Below, one piece after another: positions 37,843 through 47,400 of a stretch of 64,000 bases of DNA (position 1 is the stretch's first letter; every line of letters starts with the position of its first letter). Origin of the DNA: Patescibacteria group bacterium (GTDB lineage: Bacteria > Patescibacteriota > Minisyncoccia > Phycocordibacterales > XYD1-FULL-46-19); NCBI GenBank assembly GCA_048617235.1, contig JBMCHT010000003.1, positions 81,958 to 145,957 on the forward strand. Reading direction: 5' to 3'. The translations under genes were made by a program, and so were the position numbers. Under the pieces are notes generated by a model, which worked only from the letters and a program-made list of their open reading frames with translations, did no database searches and had not been told where the DNA came from.

Positions 37843-38574
37843 TTCTACTTGATCTTCCTTTTTCCTCTTAACCATCAAAAACTGACCTAAAGAAAAGACA
37901 TTACTGGTAATCCAATATATACCAACAGCTGCCGGAAAGGTAGTGGCTATAATTCCTATTACCCCGGGTAAAACATAACGCATTTGGGTTTGCATTCCTC
38001 TAACCATATCTTCTTGAAAATTAGGTTTGTTGTCGGATTTTTTAGTTTTAGGTGAAGGTTTAGGTAAAGTTATATTCATTTGTAAATACTGAGAAGCAGC
38101 CACTAAAAAGGCTATTATAAAACTTCTTTGAGTTATATCCAAAAAACCTAAAAGTTGAGTATTAACTACTTCCGGCTGACTAATAAAGCTATAAAGTATA
38201 TCTAAATTTAAATCAAAGCCACGAGAAAAAACAAAAAACATAGATAGAATAATGGGAATTTGAATTAAAGTGACCAAAATCCCACTAAAAGGATTCATAT
38301 TATGTTCTTTATACAACTCCAATATCGCTTCTGCTTGTTTTTGTTTTTCCGCTTTATATTTTTCTTTAATCTTTTTAATTTCTGGCTGAACTAGAGCCAT
38401 TTGTTTTTGGTTATTGATGGTTTTTTGGTAAAGAGGAAAAAGAATAATTCTAACTATTACAGTTAAAAGTATTATAGCCAAACCAACATTAGCCCCCGGT
38501 AAAATACCGGTTAAAAAAACCAAAGCATTATATAAAGGCTCAAATAATATTAAATTAAAAATACTTTTTATCAT
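37822..38574 (-). CDS. yidC: Membrane protein insertase YidC
   Basis: GLAIILLTVIVRIILFPL, QPEIKKIKEKY, LIQIPI, IYWITSN; synteny with rnpA-rpmH. Confidence 0.95.
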   Translation of the reverse strand: MIKSIFNLILFEPLYNALVFLTGILPGANVGLAIILLTVIVRIILFPLYQKTINNQKQMALVQPEIKKIKEKYKAEKQKQAEAILELYKEHNMNPFSGILVTLIQIPIILSMFFVFSRGFDLNLDILYSFISQPEVVNTQLLGFLDITQRSFIIAFLVAASQYLQMNITLPKPSPKTKKSDNKPNFQEDMVRGMQTQMRYVLPGVIGIIATTFPAAVGIYWITSNVFSLGQFLMVKRKKEDQVESEQNIK

Positions 38575-38578
38575 AAAG

Positions 38579-38917
38579 TTATTCTATTATACCTGATTTT
38601 TCAAAAACCTTAATTATATCTTTTTTTAGATCTTGATAATTAAAATGTTTATGATTGTTTTTAATAAAAATAACCACCCCCAATCCGGGCTTAATTTGAG
38701 AAAAAACTTCAACTACAGCACATTTTACTCTTCTTTTTAATAAAACCCTCTGAGTGGCCTTTTTGAAGCTTTTTGAGGGTACACAAACAGCTACAGCTTT
38801 AGTAGAAGGAGAAATATTAAGGAATTTAATATAAACAAAATCACCGGTTTGTTTATAACCTTCTTTTAATACTTTTTTTATTAAAAAAGGTGTTAATCGG
38901 TATTTTTTAGACAACAT
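38579..38917 (-). CDS. rnpA: Ribonuclease P protein component
   Basis: MLSKKYRL...KKATQRVLLKRRVK; between rpmH and yidC. Confidence 0.85.
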   Translation of the reverse strand: MLSKKYRLTPFLIKKVLKEGYKQTGDFVYIKFLNISPSTKAVAVCVPSKSFKKATQRVLLKRRVKCAVVEVFSQIKPGLGVVIFIKNNHKHFNYQDLKKDIIKVFEKSGIIE

Positions 38918-39051
38918 TAAACACTTAATTTTTTACGGTTTTTTCTCCTTCGTCTTAAAATTACCATCCGACCGGTGGCCTTTTTTTGTCTGGATAAAAA
39001 ACCGTGAGTTTTATTCCTTTTTCTATTTTTTGGTTGGTAGGTTATAGACAT
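38917..39051 (-). CDS. rpmH: 50S ribosomal protein L34
   Basis: Hand translation [44 protein letters not shown]; TAATG overlap with rnpA; not in the ORF track. Confidence 0.95.
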   Translation of the reverse strand: MSITYQPKNRKRNKTHGFLSRQKKATGRMVILRRRRKNRKKLSV

Positions 39052-39205
39052 TCCGTTAATCTACCATATTATATTTTTTTTTCAAGTTTCTTTTCAAAGA
39101 ATTTGTTTTATAATTTTAAACATATCCACTTGTTATCAACAAAATTAAAGGTTTTTAAGTTGATTGGTTAATATCTTTATAAGTATTATAATATGGCTAT
39201 TATAT

Positions 39206-40564
39206 ATGGATTTAAATGAATTATGGCAAAAAACTCTAGTAGATATAGAAAACAATATATCTAAAGCCAGTTTTGGGACTTGGTTTAAAAATACTTCTAT
39301 TGAAAAAATAGAGGATAATATTATTTTTCTTAAAACCCCTAATACTTTTGTAAAAGATTGGTTATTTAATAAATATCATAAATTAATTTTAAAGTCTTTA
39401 AGAAACCATTCTCAAGATATTAGAAATATTGAGTATTTAATAGGTAAAACAGACACTCAAAAACAAGAAGTTAAAATTAAAAAAGAAGAACCTGAAAAAA
39501 CCTTTAATAATCTTGGTTTGAATGATTTATATATTAATAGAGAAAGTAATTTAAACCCTAAATATACTTTTGAAAGTTTTGTGGTTGGATCTTTTAATGA
39601 AGTGGCTTTTGCTGCTGCTCAAGCAGTACTTAAAAACTTAGGAGTAAATTATAATCCTTTATATATTTACGGCACCACCGGAGTGGGGAAGACGCATTTA
39701 ATTCAATCTATTGGTAATAAAATAAAAGAATTAAACCAAGAAAAACAAATTTATTATTTAACTTCTGAAAATTTTACCAATGATTATATAAAATCTGTTC
39801 AAAATAATAAAATTAATATTTTTAAAGAAAAATACAGAAAATATGATTTATTAATAATGGATGATATACAATTCTTCTCCAAAAAAGAAAAAACTCAAGA
39901 AGAATTATTTCATTTATTTAATAGTCTTTATGATAATAATAAACAAATAATATTTTCATCAGATAAACCTCCAAAATATATTACTAACCTTGAAGAAAGA
40001 TTGAGATCTAGATTTGAAGGGGGGATGATTGTAGATATTGGAAGACCGGATTATGAATCCAGAGTAGCTATAATAAAAACTAAAATTAAAGATAAAAACC
40101 ATTTAATTAATGATGATGTTGTTAATTATTTAGCTGAGTGTGTTCAAGATAATATTAGAGAAATAGAAGGGACTTTAAATTCAATTTTCTTTCAAGCTCA
40201 AGCTAAAAAAAGACCTTTATCTTTAAACGAAGTTAAAAATTTAATAAAAGATAGTATAAAACCTAAAAAAGTTATCTCTTATAAAGAAGTTTTAAAAGTA
40301 GTTTCTGAATATTACAATATAAATGAAAAAATTATTCAAGAAAAAACCAGAAAAAAAGAAGTAGTTAAACCAAGACAAATAATAATGTATATATTAAGAG
40401 AAGATTTCAATACTTCTTACCCTTATATTGGGCAACAATTAGGTGGAAGAGATCATACTACTGTTATACACGCTTGTGAAAAAATTAAAAAAGAAATAAA
40501 AGATAATAATAATCTAAACAGAGAAATTGAAGAAATTAGAGATATAATTTATAAAGAAAATTAA
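39206..40564 (+). CDS. dnaA: Chromosomal replication initiator DnaA
   Basis: LNPKYTFESFVVG, YNPLYIYGTTGVGKTHL, DDIQF, RLRSRF, GGRDHTTVIHA; ATG 39206 preferred. Confidence 0.98.
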   Translation: MDLNELWQKTLVDIENNISKASFGTWFKNTSIEKIEDNIIFLKTPNTFVKDWLFNKYHKLILKSLRNHSQDIRNIEYLIGKTDTQKQEVKIKKEEPEKTFNNLGLNDLYINRESNLNPKYTFESFVVGSFNEVAFAAAQAVLKNLGVNYNPLYIYGTTGVGKTHLIQSIGNKIKELNQEKQIYYLTSENFTNDYIKSVQNNKINIFKEKYRKYDLLIMDDIQFFSKKEKTQEELFHLFNSLYDNNKQIIFSSDKPPKYITNLEERLRSRFEGGMIVDIGRPDYESRVAIIKTKIKDKNHLINDDVVNYLAECVQDNIREIEGTLNSIFFQAQAKKRPLSLNEVKNLIKDSIKPKKVISYKEVLKVVSEYYNINEKIIQEKTRKKEVVKPRQIIMYILREDFNTSYPYIGQQLGGRDHTTVIHACEKIKKEIKDNNNLNREIEEIRDIIYKEN

Positions 40565-40808
40565 TGAATAAGTATATGGATAAGTTGTTTAAAATTATCA
40601 ATAAAATGTGTAAAACAATAAAGTTATTAACATTATAAAATAAAAAATTTTAAAAGTTTAAGTTTTAAAGGTTTTATAAAATTACAACAACAATTAATTA
40701 ACAAATTAAAATCTTATTTCAACTTCTAAAATAAAGTTATTTTTAAGTTATCAAGTTATCAACAAGACTAAATATAATAAATAAGTATATATATAATATA
40801 TTAATAAA
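40565..40808. other. Predicted oriC (dnaA-dnaN intergenic; further box upstream of dnaA at 39133)
   Basis: Very AT-rich; DnaA-box-like TATGGATAA 40575, TGTGTAAAA 40607, TTATTAACA 40624, TTATCAACA 40756, then an AT-only tract. By eye the + strand is C-richer far left and G-richer far right. Confidence 0.75.
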
Positions 40809-41906
40809 ATGAATTTTAAAATAAAAACTCAGAATTTAATAAAAGCTCTTCAAAGAGCAGAAAAGACAGTTGGTAAAAATTTTAATTTACCAATACTGTC
40901 TAATGTTTTTATTAAAACATTAAAAGATAAAATAGAAATAAGATCAACTAATTTAGAAATAGGATTGTCTGAATTAATAAAAGCAGAAATTAAAGAAGAA
41001 GGAGAGATAACTATTAAACCGGGAATAATTTTATCTGTTTTAAATCAATTAAAAAATTCTTCAGATTTGGAATTATTTTTAAAAGATAATAATTTACAAA
41101 TTAATGGAGATTTTGGTAAAACAAAAATAAAAACAGAATCAACTGAAGATTTTCCTCAATTACCTAAAATTAATTCTGATAAAATCATTAAAATTAACTT
41201 TAATGATTGGTTTCAAGGTATAAGATCGGTTGTTTTTTCAGCGGCCACCTCAGATATTAAACCGGAAATATCCAGTGTATATATTTATTCCGATAATAAT
41301 AAATTATTTTTCGTTTCCACTGATTCTTTAAGATTGGCCGAAAAAAATATAAATTTTAAAAAAGAAGATGAAATTCCGGGAATTATTATTCCTTATAAAA
41401 ACGCTTTGGAAATTAATCGTATATTTGAAGGTAGTGAAGAAATTAGTTTTAAAAATGATGGTGATAAATTAGAAATTAAAAATAATTTTATAACTTTAAT
41501 ATCTAGAACAATAGAAGGTGTTTATCCTGATTATCGGCAAATTATACCTAAATCTTTTAAAACAGAGATTTATGTAGATAAAACAGAGTTTTTAGATAAA
41601 TTAAAAATAGCCGGTGTTTTTGCTGATAAGTTAAACCATATTAAATTAAATATTAAACCTAAAGATAAATCTTTAATTATAGAGTCAGAAAATCAAGAGG
41701 TGGGAGAGAGTCATTTAGAAATTAAGAGTGAAATAATCGGTGAAGAATTAGAAGTTAGTTATAATTATAGATATATTAATGAGGTTTTTCAGTCTATATT
41801 TAGTGATAAAATTTTTCTAGGTTTTAATGATAAAAATAAACCTTTATTAATTTCCGGTGCTAATGATCCTAGTTTTATTTATTTAGTTATGCCTATAAAC
41901 AAATAA
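40809..41906 (+). CDS. dnaN: DNA polymerase III beta clamp
   Basis: LPILSNV, STNLEIG, EDFPQLP, STDSLRLAE, GVYPDY, YLVMPI. Confidence 0.97.
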   Translation: MNFKIKTQNLIKALQRAEKTVGKNFNLPILSNVFIKTLKDKIEIRSTNLEIGLSELIKAEIKEEGEITIKPGIILSVLNQLKNSSDLELFLKDNNLQINGDFGKTKIKTESTEDFPQLPKINSDKIIKINFNDWFQGIRSVVFSAATSDIKPEISSVYIYSDNNKLFFVSTDSLRLAEKNINFKKEDEIPGIIIPYKNALEINRIFEGSEEISFKNDGDKLEIKNNFITLISRTIEGVYPDYRQIIPKSFKTEIYVDKTEFLDKLKIAGVFADKLNHIKLNIKPKDKSLIIESENQEVGESHLEIKSEIIGEELEVSYNYRYINEVFQSIFSDKIFLGFNDKNKPLLISGANDPSFIYLVMPINK

Positions 41907-41913
41907 CCTTATT

Positions 41914-42171
41914 ATGGATTTAATAAATAATTTATTAAGTCGTTATAAAAAAATTAAAAATAATCCTTTATTTATTAAAGAAGAAATAATTGCTTTTTTA
42001 AAATTAAATCTAGATATTAATATTAAACCGGAAGATATAAAAATTAATATTAAAGATAATAAATTATTTATTCAAACCAAACCAATAATAAAAAATGAAA
42101 TAATTTTAAATAAAGATAAGATTATAGATTTTTTAAATAAAAAAAATATTTTAATTAAAGAAATAATTTAG
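41914..42171 (+). CDS. Small protein, DciA/DUF721-like
   Basis: IKDNKLFIQT.P.IKNEI.LNK.KII..LN pattern; directly after dnaN. Confidence 0.55.
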   Translation: MDLINNLLSRYKKIKNNPLFIKEEIIAFLKLNLDINIKPEDIKINIKDNKLFIQTKPIIKNEIILNKDKIIDFLNKKNILIKEII

Positions 42172-42180
42172 ATTATAATT

Positions 42181-44724
42181 TTATAATCTATCAAAAACAT
42201 TATCTATTAATATATTTTTATCAGAATCTTGCTCTTGGTTTTTATAATCAAGAATAGTAAAATCTTCTATTTTTTCAGCTTTATTTTTTGCTTGATCATA
42301 AATAACTAATTTAATTTGATTATGGTATTGTAGTATATCTAAATTACCAAGTTCAATATTAAAATTAATCGGTTTACTTTTTGTTGTATTTATTAAAACA
42401 TTATTAATAAATAAATCAGCTTGAGTGAAAGGAAGAGTACTTTCTACTTTTACTTCTATAATAAGATTTTCATCTATTTTTAATTCTTTTTTATTTAGGT
42501 CTAAATCAATTTTTGGTTTATTTTCAGGAGTGTGAATATTATCGTATTCAGTTGGTATTTTACTCTCGTCCTCATCATTTAAACCTTGTTCTGAAGCCCA
42601 TTTTAAAACCGGTTCATTCCATAAGTTAAATTGAGGGTCATTTTCAGGATTTTTCGGTTTAGGTCCTAGAGGGTTATTTTTATCTACCCAATATAGAATA
42701 CTTCGAACCTTTGTTATAGTCTTTTCTTCGGTTAAATCCGATGGAGTATGTTCATTGGCTAATTTTCCGGAAATACTATCTATTAAATAAGTTTCTCCAC
42801 CAAGCCAGTTGCCTTTTAAAATAGGTTTAATGTTTTCAGGTGTTGGCTCTGGTTCCGGAAAAGTCTCTGTTGATTTATCAGATAAATAACTTCTCATAAA
42901 AGAGTTCCAAATGGGGGCTAGGGCAACACTTGAAGATAATCCGGTGGTGGGGGTATTATCATTATTTCCGGCCCATAAACCTACTGTAATTGATGGGGTA
43001 TAACCGATTATCCAAACATCTCTGGAATTATTAGTGGTTCCGGTTTTAACAGCTATATTTTTATCAGAAATATTTAAGTTAGAATTAGCTCCAAAAACCG
43101 GAGTTCTAGCTTCATTGTCTGATAAAATATCGGAGATTAGTCTAGAGGTATTAGCCGGTAAAACTTTTTTAGAATTAGCTTGCCACTCTTTTATAATATT
43201 ACCATCATTATCTGTGATTTTAATTATTCCAATTGTTTCATTTTTTACACCATCATTAGCAAAAACCCCAAAAGCACCGGTCATATCCAATAAAGTAACT
43301 TCTCCTCCACCTAAAACTAAAGTTAAACCATATCTTTTCCAATTATCTAATGTTGTTATACCCATAGATTCGGCTGTTGTAATAGAATCAGCCATTCCAG
43401 CTAAATAAAAAGTTTTTACCGAAGGAATATTTTTAGATTGAGCTAAAGCATTTCTTAAATTAATAGGCCCTGAAAAAGTACCGTCAAAGTTTTTTGGACT
43501 GTAACATTCGGGTGGACAATTAGTACTAAATTCGGTTTCAAGATCAAAAACAACCGTTTCCGGAGTGTAACCTTTATTAAAAGCAGTGGCGTAGATAAAA
43601 GGTTTAAAAGCTGATCCTGGTTGTCTTTTGGCTAAAGCAATATTAAAATTTCCATTATTTTCGGTATCAAAATAATCAAAAGAACCAACCATTGATAAAA
43701 TATGTCCATTTCTAGGATCTATAGCTACCAGTCCGGCATTTCCTATATTATAGTTTTGGCTATATTGACTATATTTTTTTAATTCAGTTTCAGCCAGTTG
43801 TTGGGTTTCCCAATCTAGGGTGGTAATAATATTAAAACCACCATTTTCAATTATTTCTTCTCCCATTTCTTTTTTTATTTGGTTTAAAATATAAAATACA
43901 AAATGGGGAGCTTTTATATTTTGATCAGTTATATTATTAAACTCAACTTCTTCAACTAAAGCTTCTTCATATTCTTCTTGATTAATATAATTTAATTCCT
44001 TCATTTTTTGAAGAACTAAATTTTTTCTGTTTTCTAAACTGTTTCGATTGTTACCTTCAGGTGATAAAAAACTGGGAGCTTGGGGAAGAGCAGCTAAATA
44101 AGCAGCTTCAGCTATAGTTAGATCTAAGGCAGATTTACTAAAATATCCCTTAGAAGCTTCTTCTATACCATAAATATTTCCACCGTAAGGAGCCTCGTTT
44201 AGATATAAATTTAAAATTTCATCTTTAGATTTAACTTGTTCTAATTTTAAAGCCATTAAAGCTTCTTTAATTTTTCTGGAGATTTTTTTATCTTGTGTTA
44301 AAAGGGTGTTTTTTATTAATTGTTGGGTAATAGTGGAGCCACCCTGACTAATATCTCTGGTTAAAATATTCTTCCATAAAGCTCTTAAAATAGCTTGCGG
44401 TTGAACGCCTTTATGATTATAAAAATCAGCATCTTCAATTGCAATAGTAGCTTGTTTTATATTGTCGGATATTTTTTCAAAAGGAATTATTGTTCTTTTT
44501 ACATTATCATGAACATTATAAAGTAAAATTTCTCCACTATTGTCATAAATTTTAGTACTTTGAGCTACTATTCTCTCATTGAAAAAAGTATTAAAATCCG
44601 GGATAGGTAGGGTTACAATCCAAACAATTAAAGCTATTCCGGTTATTAAAAATAATAAAATAAATACTACTAAGAATCGTAGCAACCAAGCGAATAATTT
44701 ATTTTTAAATATTTTTTTAGACAT
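42181..44724 (-). CDS. Class A penicillin-binding protein (PBP1A family)
   Basis: AIEDADFY.H.G, QGGSTITQQLIKN, RKIKE, RQPGSAFKP, SKN, KTGT. Confidence 0.95.
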   Translation of the reverse strand: MSKKIFKNKLFAWLLRFLVVFILLFLITGIALIVWIVTLPIPDFNTFFNERIVAQSTKIYDNSGEILLYNVHDNVKRTIIPFEKISDNIKQATIAIEDADFYNHKGVQPQAILRALWKNILTRDISQGGSTITQQLIKNTLLTQDKKISRKIKEALMALKLEQVKSKDEILNLYLNEAPYGGNIYGIEEASKGYFSKSALDLTIAEAAYLAALPQAPSFLSPEGNNRNSLENRKNLVLQKMKELNYINQEEYEEALVEEVEFNNITDQNIKAPHFVFYILNQIKKEMGEEIIENGGFNIITTLDWETQQLAETELKKYSQYSQNYNIGNAGLVAIDPRNGHILSMVGSFDYFDTENNGNFNIALAKRQPGSAFKPFIYATAFNKGYTPETVVFDLETEFSTNCPPECYSPKNFDGTFSGPINLRNALAQSKNIPSVKTFYLAGMADSITTAESMGITTLDNWKRYGLTLVLGGGEVTLLDMTGAFGVFANDGVKNETIGIIKITDNDGNIIKEWQANSKKVLPANTSRLISDILSDNEARTPVFGANSNLNISDKNIAVKTGTTNNSRDVWIIGYTPSITVGLWAGNNDNTPTTGLSSSVALAPIWNSFMRSYLSDKSTETFPEPEPTPENIKPILKGNWLGGETYLIDSISGKLANEHTPSDLTEEKTITKVRSILYWVDKNNPLGPKPKNPENDPQFNLWNEPVLKWASEQGLNDEDESKIPTEYDNIHTPENKPKIDLDLNKKELKIDENLIIEVKVESTLPFTQADLFINNVLINTTKSKPINFNIELGNLDILQYHNQIKLVIYDQAKNKAEKIEDFTILDYKNQEQDSDKNILIDNVFDRL

Positions 44725-44813
44725 TATATAAACTGTAACATATTAGGTTTCATTCTTTATAATTTAAATTAGTATTATACAATAATATAAATGATTTTCA
44801 AGTTTAATTAAAC

Positions 44814-44848
44814 AAATAAAAAACCGTTTTAAAAACGGTTTTTTATTT
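44814..44848. terminator. Intrinsic terminator (bidirectional-type)
   Basis: AAATAAAAAACCGTT-loop-AACGGTTTTTTATTT perfect inverted repeat. Confidence 0.75.
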
Positions 44849-44866
44849 ATTAAAATACTACTACTG

Positions 44867-44938
44867 TTATTCTTCTTCCTCAGTTTCTTCATCTTCCTCT
44901 TCTTCTATTTCTTCATCTATTGGATTTAAATCATCCAT
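44867..44938 (-). CDS. 23-aa acidic micropeptide
   Basis: MDDLNPIDEEIEEEEDEETEEEE*; terminator immediately downstream, structured leader upstream. Confidence 0.55.
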   Translation of the reverse strand: MDDLNPIDEEIEEEEDEETEEEE

Positions 44939-45078
44939 ATTTTTACAAAATTAAGTGTAAAAACTACTAATTCCGGAAACTGGTTCCGGTACGACCTTTG
45001 TATATCTAAACTTATATTTTTTAACAAAAAAAACACCATCTTGGCAATACAAAAAAAGTTTTAGGTGTGGATAATTTT

Positions 45079-45558
45079 TTAATTATATTTTGCTAAAGCC
45101 AAACCGGTTAGGGCAATCATAATAGCATCAAATTCATCGTCATATTTGACCGGTTTTTTAATATCGGTTATTTGTTGAATAGTCTTTATAACTTGGTTTT
45201 TTTCAGCTCTACCGTAACCGGTAATTATTTTTTTGGCTTCCAAAGGGGTATATTCTTCAGTTGAAATATTATTTTGACAAGCTAAAAATTTAATTATTCC
45301 TTTGACCTCTATTACTCCAATTGCAGTGTTTCTACTTTGGTTAAAAATAATACTTTCTAAAACCACTAAATCGGGTTGATGTTTTTTTATTAAACTTTCA
45401 AAAAAAAGACCAACTGATTTTAGTCTTTGGTTAAAATCTTCTTTTTTGTCGGTAGTAAAGCATCCGGAGTCAATTATTTCAGGTTTATTTTTTTCTTTTT
45501 TAAGTATTGCCCAACCTAATCTGTCATAACCGGGGTCTATGCCTATTATTTTATTCAT
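45079..45558 (-). CDS. ruvC: Holliday junction resolvase RuvC
   Basis: IIGIDPG, VVLESI, YTPLEAKK..TGYGRAEK, DDEFDAI. Confidence 0.95.
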   Translation of the reverse strand: MNKIIGIDPGYDRLGWAILKKEKNKPEIIDSGCFTTDKKEDFNQRLKSVGLFFESLIKKHQPDLVVLESIIFNQSRNTAIGVIEVKGIIKFLACQNNISTEEYTPLEAKKIITGYGRAEKNQVIKTIQQITDIKKPVKYDDEFDAIMIALTGLALAKYN

Positions 45559-46099
45559 TATCTTCTGTCTTTACATTAACTAATACTTCGTCAACATCAT
45601 CGTGTTCTTCCAATTCATCTATTAAGTTTATTAGTTGTTTTAAACCGGTTTCAGATAAATCCAAATAGTTTATAGCTTGCCATTTATTATCAGGTAGTTT
45701 TTCAAAGGCCCACATTACCGAGCCTTGTTCTCCCAGTTTACTGTTATGAGTGGATAATAAATGTTTAATTTCGGAAGTAGTTCTGTTTTTATTATCAGTA
45801 ATACCTAAAATTAAAAGAGCACACCCTTCAGAACCATAGGCTTCGTAGCTGACTTCTTCTAAATTATCAGCTTCACTCCCTGTTCCTTTCTTAACCGCTT
45901 TTTCTATATTAGTCGATGGCATATTAACTGATTTAGCTTTGTCAATTATCGCTTTTAGTGAAGGATTATTTATATCTCCACCGGCCTTTTTAGATTCCAC
46001 TGTAATACTTCTGACTAAATTTGAAAATAATTTACTTTTTTTTGCATCTTCAGATGCTTTTCTGTGTTTTATTTTTGACCATTTATTATGACCTGACAT
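45551..46099 (-). CDS. yebC: YebC/PmpR family protein (short form)
   Basis: MSGHNKWSKIKHRK, YEAYG, TDNKNRT, LEEHDDVDEV. Confidence 0.95.
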   Translation of the reverse strand: MSGHNKWSKIKHRKASEDAKKSKLFSNLVRSITVESKKAGGDINNPSLKAIIDKAKSVNMPSTNIEKAVKKGTGSEADNLEEVSYEAYGSEGCALLILGITDNKNRTTSEIKHLLSTHNSKLGEQGSVMWAFEKLPDNKWQAINYLDLSETGLKQLINLIDELEEHDDVDEVLVNVKTEDNE

Positions 46100-46128
46100 A
46101 TTAAAAATTATTTATTATTTATTAATTA

Positions 46129-47154
46129 TTAATCAAAAAGGTTAGCTGGGGGGTTAATCTTTAAATGTTCATAAGTTTTAGGGGTAGCCATTCTTCCTTT
46201 ATGAGTTCTCTTAATTAAACCGTTTTGAATTAAAAACGGTTCATATACCTCTTCTAAAGTGGATTGTTCTTCAGCTAAAGCGGCGGCCAAAGTGTTTAAA
46301 CCTGCCGGCCCACCGTTGAATTTTTCAACCAAAACCGATAATAATTGTCTATCTGATCCGGTTAAACCTAAATCGTCTAGTCCTATAAGATTCATAGCGG
46401 CTAAAATAGTTTCTGAATTTATTATTCCTTCTTTATTTATTTCGGCATAATCTCGACATCTTTTTAATAAATGGTTGGCGATGCGAGGGGTATGACGGCT
46501 TCTTTTGGATATTTCTTCAACAGCTGGATTTTCTATTTTTATATTTAATATATCGGAAGATCTTTTAACAATTTCATTTATTTCTTCATTAGAATAAAAA
46601 TTTAATCGAAAAGTACCTCCGGAAAAACGAGATCTTAAAGGAGAAGATAAAAGGGCTATTCTGGTAGTAGCGGCCACTAAAGTAAAGGGAGGTAAATCTA
46701 GTTGCACTATTCTGGCTCCTGGTCCTTTACCAATTACAATATTAAGATAACCGGATTCCATGGCCGGATATAGAATTTCTTCTATCATTTTGTTTAAACG
46801 GTGAATTTCATCTATAAATAAAACATCCCCAGGATTTAAATTTGTTAAAATAGAAGCTAAATCTCCAACTTTTTCAACTGCCGGACCGGAAGTGATTTTT
46901 ATATCGACTTCCAGTTCTTTGGCAATTAAATGAGATAGGGTGGTTTTTCCTAAACCGGGAGGGCCGTAAAATAATATATGTTCAGGGGATTGCTTGCGAT
47001 TTTTGGCTGCTTCTATTAAAATACGGAGGTTGTTTTTTATATCGGCTTGACCGATATATTCATTCCAACCGCCCGGACGTAATGAACGATCCAGGGAGTT
47101 TTCTGGTTTTAAGTCTTTTTGGGTTTTGTTGATATCTATCCAATCACTTGACAT
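46129..47154 (-). CDS. ruvB: Holliday junction helicase RuvB
   Basis: LRP..W.EYIGQ, GPPGLGKTT, FIDEIHR, EVYEPFL, RTHKGR. Confidence 0.97.
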   Translation of the reverse strand: MSSDWIDINKTQKDLKPENSLDRSLRPGGWNEYIGQADIKNNLRILIEAAKNRKQSPEHILFYGPPGLGKTTLSHLIAKELEVDIKITSGPAVEKVGDLASILTNLNPGDVLFIDEIHRLNKMIEEILYPAMESGYLNIVIGKGPGARIVQLDLPPFTLVAATTRIALLSSPLRSRFSGGTFRLNFYSNEEINEIVKRSSDILNIKIENPAVEEISKRSRHTPRIANHLLKRCRDYAEINKEGIINSETILAAMNLIGLDDLGLTGSDRQLLSVLVEKFNGGPAGLNTLAAALAEEQSTLEEVYEPFLIQNGLIKRTHKGRMATPKTYEHLKINPPANLFD

Positions 47155-47176
47155 ATTTTATATTATGTGATAGACT
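47148..47176 (+). promoter_or_regulatory. sigma70-type promoter with no downstream + strand ORF
   Basis: TTGACA-N17-TAGACT with extended TG. Confidence 0.6.
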
Positions 47177-47182
47177 CTGATA

Positions 47183-47394
47183 AAGCTGTTAAAAAAGTTT
47201 ATCAAGCTCACAAACCTCTAAGCAATTTAGGTCTCTGGCGAGATTTAACGGGTTTATTTGACAGGACGTGTTGGTGGTTGATTTTTATTAACTTAACTGA
47301 CGCTATCCTGGATAATAATTCTAGCTTTATTATGACGTAATAAAGAGATTGCTTAGAGGTTTATGGTCTTGATTGTTAAAGAAACCGCCTTATC
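47183..47394 (+). ncRNA. Structured ncRNA candidate (6S-like size, four-way junction)
   Basis: 28-bp closing stem 47201-47228/47346-47373 with a 15-bp perfect core; hairpins 47229-47246 and 47325-47345; long G-U-rich arm 47250-47321; upstream promoter. Confidence 0.6.
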
Positions 47395-47400
47395 TGTGAT

